Below, piece by piece: positions 57,989 through 64,000 of a stretch of 64,000 nt of DNA. How positions within the stretch are numbered: position 1 is the first letter of the stretch; each line of letters opens with the position of its first letter. The stretch covers positions 2,786 through 66,785 of the forward strand of contig CAWJQM010000006.1 in the NCBI GenBank assembly GCA_963845095.1, in the 5' to 3' direction. Source of the DNA: an uncultured delta proteobacterium. Its GTDB lineage: Bacteria; Desulfobacterota; Syntrophia; Syntrophales; Smithellaceae. The position numbers were made by a program, and so were the translations under genes. The notes under the pieces were generated by a model that ran no database searches, was not told where the DNA came from, and saw nothing but the letters and a program-made list of their open reading frames with translations.

Positions 57989-59173
57989 GTGAGTAAATTG
58001 AAAGGTAAGATGGCGTTCGTCGGGATCGGCGAGGTGCCGACGGGACGCTTCCCGGAAACGGCGGCGATCTCGCACGGCCTGGAATCAGCCAAGATGGCGA
58101 TACGGGATGCGGGGATAAACAAGGACGAGATTGATTATGTGTTCCCAACGGCTGCAGTCTTCAATAATAGTTTTAGTAATGAGCTGGCGATCTGCCGTGT
58201 GGTGGAAGAACTGGGACTGAAAAACGTGAAAGTGAATAGCCAGATATGGGCTGGTGGGTCGAGCAGTACCGTTGCAGTGGAGTTGGCTGCAAGTTTAATC
58301 AACAGTGGTGCGGCCTCGACGGTTTTGTTTCTTCATAATGAGCGGCTGGGCACCGGTGTCAGCCTGCAGGGCGGAATTGATGTTTTTGCGACAGGGGGAA
58401 TATCCGCGGAGTGGGAGGTGCCCTTCGGTCAGCATTATTCTTCAATCGCCGCGCTCTCGACGATGCGGTACAAATATGAGACGGGCTGCACCGATGAGCA
58501 GTTGGCGGCTGTATGCGTGTCCAACCGGAAATGGGCCGAGCTGAATCCGAATGCGTTTTTCCGCAAGCCTTTAACGCTGGAAGAGGTGATGTCCTCGAAG
58601 ATGCTGTCGACGCCGCTGCGGGCGAAGATGTCAAACATGCTCTTCGACGGGGGATGTGCCTTTGTTATGACCTCGGCGGAACGCGCCCGGGATCTTACCG
58701 ATAAACCGGTATATCTGCTCGGCGAAGGGGGTCATGTGTCACACTTTGTATATGCCCAGGAGCCGGATGTGGCGCGTTTCAGCTGGGCGCGGGCGGCAAA
58801 AGAAGCTTTTGAGATGGCGGGATTAACAGCGAAGGACATGGACATTGCGGAGATTTATGATTCCTATCCCATCTTTCAGCTGATCGGTTTTGAGGAGCTG
58901 GGTTTTGCCGAGCGCGGTCAGGGCGGCGAGATGTTCCTGAAAGGAGACACCTGGCCCGGAGGGAAGATGCCGACGACAACTAATGGAGGCATGTTATCGC
59001 AGGGTCATACGGGAGCCGGTGGTTCCTGTGCCCTGATGGTGGAGACGGTGCGTCAACTGATGGGGAAAGCCGGAGATCGTCAGGTAAAGAATGCTAAATT
59101 CGCCGTGGAAACGGCGGTTGGCGGGACATACATGGATGCCCATGTTACGATTCTGGGGACAGAAATTCCGTAA
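57989..59173 (+). CDS. thiolase-like protein (SCP-x / BbsB-type partner of a DUF35 protein)
   Basis: AAGGAGG lies 6 nt upstream of a GTG start. The strings FVGIGEVPTGRFPE, EIYDSYPIFQL and TNGGMLSQGHTGAGG match the thiolase-like fold. Confidence 0.75.
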   Translation: MSKLKGKMAFVGIGEVPTGRFPETAAISHGLESAKMAIRDAGINKDEIDYVFPTAAVFNNSFSNELAICRVVEELGLKNVKVNSQIWAGGSSSTVAVELAASLINSGAASTVLFLHNERLGTGVSLQGGIDVFATGGISAEWEVPFGQHYSSIAALSTMRYKYETGCTDEQLAAVCVSNRKWAELNPNAFFRKPLTLEEVMSSKMLSTPLRAKMSNMLFDGGCAFVMTSAERARDLTDKPVYLLGEGGHVSHFVYAQEPDVARFSWARAAKEAFEMAGLTAKDMDIAEIYDSYPIFQLIGFEELGFAERGQGGEMFLKGDTWPGGKMPTTTNGGMLSQGHTGAGGSCALMVETVRQLMGKAGDRQVKNAKFAVETAVGGTYMDAHVTILGTEIP

Positions 59174-59191
59174 CATGAAAGGAGAAAAAGA

Positions 59192-59617
59192 ATGGATAAT
59201 CAAGCAAATCAAAAACCAAGTCCTGTAGTCAATCCCTGGTCGCAACCATTTTGGGATGCTGCCCGCGAAGAAAAACTGGTGATTCAGCATTGCCGGGACT
59301 GCGGAGCGAATATTTTTTATCCGCGGATTGCCTGTCCGCAATGTTTTTCGGATAATCTGGAATGGATTCAGGCGTCGGGTAAAGGCACCGTGTATACGTA
59401 CACTGTGGTGGTGAGCAATTCTCCATCGGCATTTATTGCCGACATGCCTTTTGTGATAGCAATAGTGAAACTGGCGGAAGGTGTTCAGATGCTGAGCAAT
59501 ATTGTGGGGTGCAAGCCGGATGATGTACGCTGCGATATGCCTGTGGAGGTAGTGTTCGAGAAACTCAACGAGAAGTTCAAACTTCCCAAGTTCCGTCCCG
59601 TAAGTAAGCCGTTGTAG
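59192..59617 (+). CDS. DUF35 Zn-ribbon + OB-fold protein (BbsA-type partner of a thiolase-like protein)
   Basis: 141 aa. The strings PFWDAAREEKLVIQHCRDCGANIFYPRIACPQCFS (CxxC...CxxC) then GKGTVYTYTVV are the canonical DUF35 layout. Confidence 0.8.
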   Translation: MDNQANQKPSPVVNPWSQPFWDAAREEKLVIQHCRDCGANIFYPRIACPQCFSDNLEWIQASGKGTVYTYTVVVSNSPSAFIADMPFVIAIVKLAEGVQMLSNIVGCKPDDVRCDMPVEVVFEKLNEKFKLPKFRPVSKPL

Positions 59618-59765
59618 AAGATAATCAGGCCGCTTAAATGGCGCGACAACCGCTAAAGGGTGGCAAGGCAGCATAAGGATCCGTAACGTGATGGTCCGGA
59701 AAATAACATTTATTTTGTTGTAACGGCTCCTAAGTAGAATACGGTTAGTGTAAGGAGAGTCGACT

Positions 59766-60221
59766 ATGACACAGAAATATTACGAAGATTTCGATATCGG
59801 GTTTAGTTTCAAGACGCTGTCCATTACGGTGACGGAGACGCACGTGGTGAACTGGGCGGGACTGACCATGGATTTTTACCCTCTGCATATGGATGCTGAG
59901 TATTGTGCGAAGACGGTATTTAAGGAACGGATCGCCCATGGTCCTTTGATTTTCGGCATGGCCGTCGGGATGGCCGGTCTGGCGAAACAGGAGGGCGGGT
60001 CGATCATTGCCTGGATGGGGGTGGATAATATGCGGATGCTGTCTCCGGTGAAGTTCGGGGATACGATCACCCTCTATGTAGAGGTGGTGGAGCGGAAAGA
60101 GACGAGCAAGCCGTCGCAGGGTTTGCAGACCTGGCGCTATACGGTTAAAAATCAGCGCGACGAAAAAGTAATGGTTCTCGATATGAAGTTTCTCATGCAA
60201 CGGAAACCTGCAAACGCCTGA
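59766..60221 (+). CDS. MaoC-like (R)-specific enoyl-CoA hydratase / hot-dog fold protein
   Basis: 151 aa. The strings D.YPLHMDAEYCAKTVFKERIAHGPLIFGMAVG are the MaoC dehydratase signature. Confidence 0.8.
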   Translation: MTQKYYEDFDIGFSFKTLSITVTETHVVNWAGLTMDFYPLHMDAEYCAKTVFKERIAHGPLIFGMAVGMAGLAKQEGGSIIAWMGVDNMRMLSPVKFGDTITLYVEVVERKETSKPSQGLQTWRYTVKNQRDEKVMVLDMKFLMQRKPANA

Positions 60222-60281
60222 TCTATTCGGTCTTACCGACTTTAGGAAGGCCGGACTAAAATCTTGGGGAGGAGATCTAAA

Positions 60282-61430
60282 GTGGATTTTAATTTTACAG
60301 AGCAACAGAATGAATTTCGGGACAAGGTACGGGGATATGTGGACACAAACATTACCCCGTCCGTAGTCCGCGAAATTGAAGAAAAGGACGAATTTCCTCA
60401 TGATCTCGTTAAGAAATTTTGTGATCTGGGTTTAGCCAAGGTCAATATACCGGAGGAATACGGCGGCATGGGTGGCGGCATCTTCGAGCTCATGATCATC
60501 AATGAGGAGATCGCCAAGAAACTTCCGGTGCTGGGCTGGAACACCGGCAACATCCTTTTATACGGGAATGAAATTATCGGTGTGAACGGCAACAAGGAAC
60601 AGAAGGATGAATTCTTTCCGAAACTGGGCCGGGGCGAAATCATGTTCAGTTTCGCCATTACGGAACCGAATGCCGGGTCCGATGCCGCCGGTATTAAAAC
60701 ACGGGCGTTTTTCGAGAACGGGCATTACGTGATCAACGGCGGCAAGATGTTTATCACCGGTGCGGGTGTTTCGCGCTACACGGTGACATTCGCCAGGACA
60801 GCCGAATCAAGATACGGCGGAATTACTTCTTTTATCGTTGACACGACTTTGGAAGGCTACAGCACCAAGCCTATCAAGAAGTTAGGCTTTCATGGCTCCA
60901 ACACCTGTGAGATTGTCTATGACAATGTCCGGGTGCTGCCGTGGTTTATTCTGGGTGGAGAAGAGAAGGGGCTGAACAACGGCTGGAAGCAGGAGATGAA
61001 GCTTTTGAATCAGGAGCGTCTGCTTTTGTCATCAATGACACTGGGAATGGCGCATGCCTCTTTTGAAGAGGCACTGGAGTTTGCCCGGGCGAAGATGAAG
61101 CGGACGGCTCCGTCAACGGATGTGCAGTCCATTCAGCACGACATAGCGGAGATGGCTTCCCAGCTGGAGGCGATGAAGGTACTGGTTTACAGTACCGCCT
61201 GGAAGGAGCAGCAGGGGATGAATCCGGTGCGGGAAACATCGATGACCAAGTACTTCTGCGCCGAAACGGCCAAACACATTATTATGAAGGGAATGAATGT
61301 TCTGGGTGAGTACGGCGCCTCGATGGATTACAATATGCAGAGAAACCTCAGGGAAATTCTTATTTTTTCCATTGGCGGCGGCACTTCGCAGATCCAGAAA
61401 AACATCATCTGCAAGTCGTATGGATTGTAG
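60282..61430 (+). CDS. acyl-CoA dehydrogenase
   Basis: GGAGGAG lies 7 nt upstream of GTG 60282, giving MDFNFTEQQNEFRDKV. The strings FAITEPNAGSDAAGIKTRA and YGASMDYNMQRNLREILIFSIGGGTSQIQ are present. Confidence 0.9.
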   Translation: MDFNFTEQQNEFRDKVRGYVDTNITPSVVREIEEKDEFPHDLVKKFCDLGLAKVNIPEEYGGMGGGIFELMIINEEIAKKLPVLGWNTGNILLYGNEIIGVNGNKEQKDEFFPKLGRGEIMFSFAITEPNAGSDAAGIKTRAFFENGHYVINGGKMFITGAGVSRYTVTFARTAESRYGGITSFIVDTTLEGYSTKPIKKLGFHGSNTCEIVYDNVRVLPWFILGGEEKGLNNGWKQEMKLLNQERLLLSSMTLGMAHASFEEALEFARAKMKRTAPSTDVQSIQHDIAEMASQLEAMKVLVYSTAWKEQQGMNPVRETSMTKYFCAETAKHIIMKGMNVLGEYGASMDYNMQRNLREILIFSIGGGTSQIQKNIICKSYGL

Positions 61431-61461
61431 AAATCAGAATGCAAAAGAAAAGGGATGAAAA

Positions 61462-62601
61462 ATGGATTTCGGACTGACTGAAGAGCAGGGATTTATTCGG
61501 GATACGATACGGAAGTTTGTCGCGAAGGAGTGTGAACGGGAAGCCATCAATAAAATGGATGAGGAAGAAAAATATCCCGCTAAACTCTTTGGCAATGTGG
61601 CGGAGATTGGTTTGTGCGCGCTGACGGTTCCCGAAGCCGATGGCGGCGGCGGGCCCAATGCCCTGGGTGCGGTGATTGTGACGGCTGAACTTGCAGCTAT
61701 ATATCCCGCTCTGGCCGGGATTTTTGCCACCCAAAGCATTTGCGCAGGCAAGGTGATCGCCGATCTGGGGACGAAAGAGCAGAAAGATAAATATCTGCCC
61801 GGCGTAATCGACGGCTCAACGCTGATTACGATCGGCCTGATGGAACCGGGCCAGGGTTACGAGGAGGCGGGAAGCGCAACGACGGCGAGACGGGAAGGAG
61901 AAAGGATAGTTCTTGACGGGACAAAATCTTTTGTGCGTTTTGCCGATCATGCCGCTTTTATGATTACGCGCACTGCCCTGGACAGCTCCGGTGTTCCGGC
62001 TTTCATGATTGTTGATCTGAAGAGCCCCGGCGTGGCTGTTAGTCCGCTGAAACAGGTGGGATTTCACGGGATGAGCTTGTGTGATGTTTCCCTGAACTCT
62101 GTTGCCGTTGCGGCCAGTGAAATTCTTGGTGGTGAGGGGGATGCAGCGGCCCAAAAGAAAAAATGGGAAAAGATTCTGGGTGCGGAGCATCTGGCTGTGG
62201 CGGCCTGCGGGATGGGACTTGCCCGGGGCGCCTATGAATATGCGCTCAATTATGCCAAGGAGCGCGTGCAGTTCGGCCGGCCGATTATCAAATTCGGCGC
62301 CATTGCCGAGATGCTGGTAGATATGGCACAGTATGCCCGCGTGGCTGAAATACTGACCTGTCAGGCGGCGTCTCTTATCGACCAGGGTAAGGATTGCCTG
62401 GTGGAAATAATTCAGGCGAGAATTGCGGCAACGGAAGCAGCACATAAGACATCGTTGTATGGTGTGCAGATATTCGGCGGCTATGGTTATGCCATGGAAT
62501 ACGATGCCCAGCGTTATCTGCGGGATGCCATGGTTGTGCTCACCGGCGGGGGAACCAAACAGGTTCTGAGCAACACGCTGGCGTCACTCTGGGGGTATTG
62601 A
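61462..62601 (+). CDS. acyl-CoA dehydrogenase
   Basis: MDFGLTEEQGFIRDTIRKF, and YGYAMEYDAQRYLRDAMVVLTGGGTKQV. Confidence 0.9.
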   Translation: MDFGLTEEQGFIRDTIRKFVAKECEREAINKMDEEEKYPAKLFGNVAEIGLCALTVPEADGGGGPNALGAVIVTAELAAIYPALAGIFATQSICAGKVIADLGTKEQKDKYLPGVIDGSTLITIGLMEPGQGYEEAGSATTARREGERIVLDGTKSFVRFADHAAFMITRTALDSSGVPAFMIVDLKSPGVAVSPLKQVGFHGMSLCDVSLNSVAVAASEILGGEGDAAAQKKKWEKILGAEHLAVAACGMGLARGAYEYALNYAKERVQFGRPIIKFGAIAEMLVDMAQYARVAEILTCQAASLIDQGKDCLVEIIQARIAATEAAHKTSLYGVQIFGGYGYAMEYDAQRYLRDAMVVLTGGGTKQVLSNTLASLWGY

Positions 62602-62978
62602 AGCATTACCAGGTCTTAAACGAGCTCAATTCAAGTATTGACAGTACTGTAAAAAAAGTTCATAGGTTTTAACATGTTGTTTTTGTTATGACGGCGCCAA
62701 AACTGTTTGTTTTAATCTGCAGAACTTCCGATACAGGCCTTTATTGATTGATCGTTTTGTGGTTTGTCCAGATTTATTGAGATGTAACTTTATGGATAGA
62801 TTACGCTTTTTGATAATGAAAACAAGAAGACCTTGATTTACGGGCCGGAGAGTAAAAATGATCTTTGTGCGCAGCATATGGATGGCAGTAAACCGTATAT
62901 TGTGCGTGCTTTGGCATTTTCGGAGAAGCTTTAATGTTAAGTCCTTGAAATAAATCAGTTGATATAATAAACATGGGG

Positions 62979-63134
62979 TTGGCACCTGTCTTGCAATCTT
63001 TTGTTGGTCTTGAGTCAGGGTTGTAATTGTCAACACCAACATGTTTAGGAGTTGTCCATGCTGAAAGTTACAAATCTCGAAACAACCTACAACGATATTA
63101 TTTTGGCGCTAAAGGGTATATCCCTGGAAGTTCC
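62979..63134 (+). repeat. 156-bp duplicated segment, copy 2 (partner 54511-54666)
   Basis: See copy 1. Here the segment continues into a full-length ATPase gene. Confidence 0.9.
62980..62995 (+). promoter_or_regulatory. sigma54 (-24/-12) promoter
   Basis: TGGCAC-ctgtc-TTGCA, a perfect consensus, 63 nt upstream of ATG 63058. Confidence 0.8.
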
Positions 63135-63852
63135 TCAAGGTAAGATTGTTGCCCTCCTCGGCGCCAACGGCGCCGGTAAAACCACCACCCTCAATACAAT
63201 ATCCGGAATACGCAAGACGCTCGATCTGGAGATTGAAGACGGCACTATTGAATTCGCCGGAGAGATAATCAATAAAAAAGAGCCCTATAGCATTGTTGCC
63301 ATGGGAATCTCTCAGGTTCCCGAGGGCAGGCGTGTTTTTGCTGAACTGACCGTTGAGGAAAATATTATGATCGGTTCCTATACCCTTGCGGATCGTAAGA
63401 AGTATCCTCTGAGCCTGGAGACGATCTTCCGTTATTTCCCCATTTTGAAAGAACGCCGCCATCAGCTTGCCGGTTACCTCAGTGGCGGAGAGCAGCAGAT
63501 GCTGGCTATTGCCCGGGCCCTTATAGCCGATCCGCGGATGATGATGCTGGATGAACCGTCCCTCGGGATTGCGCCTCTGGTCGTGAAAGAGATATTTGAA
63601 ATCATCAGCACCATTAATAAGGAAAGAGGCGTGTCCGTTTTGCTGGTGGAACAGAACGCCAACGCCGCTTTATCGATCGCCCATTTCGGTTACATCATGG
63701 AAAACGGTAGGATCGTGATGGAAGGACCGAGCGAAGTATTGCGTGAGAACAGGGATATCAAGGAATTTTATCTTGGTTTGACGAATGTAGGTACCAAGAA
63801 AAGCTTCCGGGACGTTAAACATTACAAGAGAAGGAAAAGATGGCTTTCATGA
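63058..63852 (+). CDS. HAAT-family ABC transporter ATP-binding protein (LivF-like)
   Basis: AGGAG RBS. Walker A GANGAGKTT, signature LSGGEQQML and Walker B MLDEPSLGI. Confidence 0.9.
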   Translation: MLKVTNLETTYNDIILALKGISLEVPQGKIVALLGANGAGKTTTLNTISGIRKTLDLEIEDGTIEFAGEIINKKEPYSIVAMGISQVPEGRRVFAELTVEENIMIGSYTLADRKKYPLSLETIFRYFPILKERRHQLAGYLSGGEQQMLAIARALIADPRMMMLDEPSLGIAPLVVKEIFEIISTINKERGVSVLLVEQNANAALSIAHFGYIMENGRIVMEGPSEVLRENRDIKEFYLGLTNVGTKKSFRDVKHYKRRKRWLS

Positions 63853-64000
63853 ATCAGGATAATTCGCTTCAACTGGAAATTAAGGATCTTTCCATGAGCT
63901 TTGGTGGAATTAAGGCCATCAGGGATGTTTCCTTTGGCGTAAAATCAGGAGAGATATATTCGATCATCGGTCCGAACGGCGCCGGTAAGACAACCATCTT
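63849..64000 (+). CDS. HAAT-family ABC transporter ATP-binding protein (LivG-like), N-terminal part (runs off the right edge)
   Basis: The ATG overlaps the upstream stop (ATGA). Translation: MNQDNSLQLEIKDLSMSFGGIKAIRDVSFGVKSGEIYSIIGPNGAGKTT. It is not in the ORF track because it is open-ended. Confidence 0.8.
   Translation, partial: MNQDNSLQLEIKDLSMSFGGIKAIRDVSFGVKSGEIYSIIGPNGAGKTTI

Noticed and set aside
62686-63042. A 118-aa minus-strand ORF in the spacer upstream of the LivF-like gene.
   Set aside because: It overlaps the sigma54 promoter, the duplicated segment and the putative activator sites. There is no RBS and no motifs. The region is better explained as regulatory.

Overview
This 64-kb window looks like a chromosomal segment from an anaerobic, sigma54-rich organic-acid or fatty-acid degrader, delta-proteobacterium-like in gene content. 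The taxon cannot be confirmed without a database. All product calls come from motifs read in the supplied translations; no searches were run.

The window falls into three blocks.

(1) 1-13.3 kb is a low-GC island. Spot counts give 17-45% GC here versus about 55% further right. It holds two paralogous signal-peptide beta-propeller proteins, both frame-interrupted. It also holds a 1560-aa protein that joins an N-terminal M23 (lysostaphin/LytM-type) peptidase domain to dozens of RTX Ca-binding repeats. A complete type I secretion system follows: a TolC-like outer membrane factor plus one 1151-aa ORF that fuses the HlyB-like ABC exporter in frame to the HlyD-like membrane fusion protein.

(2) 13.3-18.4 kb carries a polytopic membrane protein, htpG, a PilZ protein, an alternative-oxidase-like di-iron protein and a VOC/glyoxalase protein.

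(3) 18.8-64 kb is a large catabolic super-cluster.
- It contains three HAAT/Liv-type ABC uptake sets and two acyl-CoA ligases.
- It contains a GC-rich Fe-alcohol dehydrogenase / SCP2 / aldehyde:ferredoxin oxidoreductase module.
- It contains a beta-oxidation operon: large acyl-CoA dehydrogenase, FadB-like bifunctional enzyme and thiolase.
- It contains a nitronate-monooxygenase/FabK-like gene, a CrtI-like FAD oxidoreductase and two HpaB/AbfD-family paralogs.
- It contains thiolase-like/DUF35 proteins, a MaoC hydratase and two more acyl-CoA dehydrogenases.
- At its centre is a 1039-aa sigma54 enhancer-binding protein with a long TPR-like plus GAF sensor region.

Six well-formed -24/-12 (TGGCAY-N5-WTGCW) promoters precede these units. 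Four of them carry paired ATATGG-like hexamers 21 bp apart (20 bp at one promoter), and three of these have the distal hexamer 103-104 bp upstream.

A 156-bp segment (sigma54 promoter, leader and the first 26 codons of an ABC ATPase) is present twice. This suggests promoter capture.

At least 17 frame changes interrupt 10 genes, yet all the very long genes are intact. That points either to non-random assembly error or to real decay of paralogous catabolic genes.

No tRNA, rRNA, CRISPR array, transposase or integrase was recognised.
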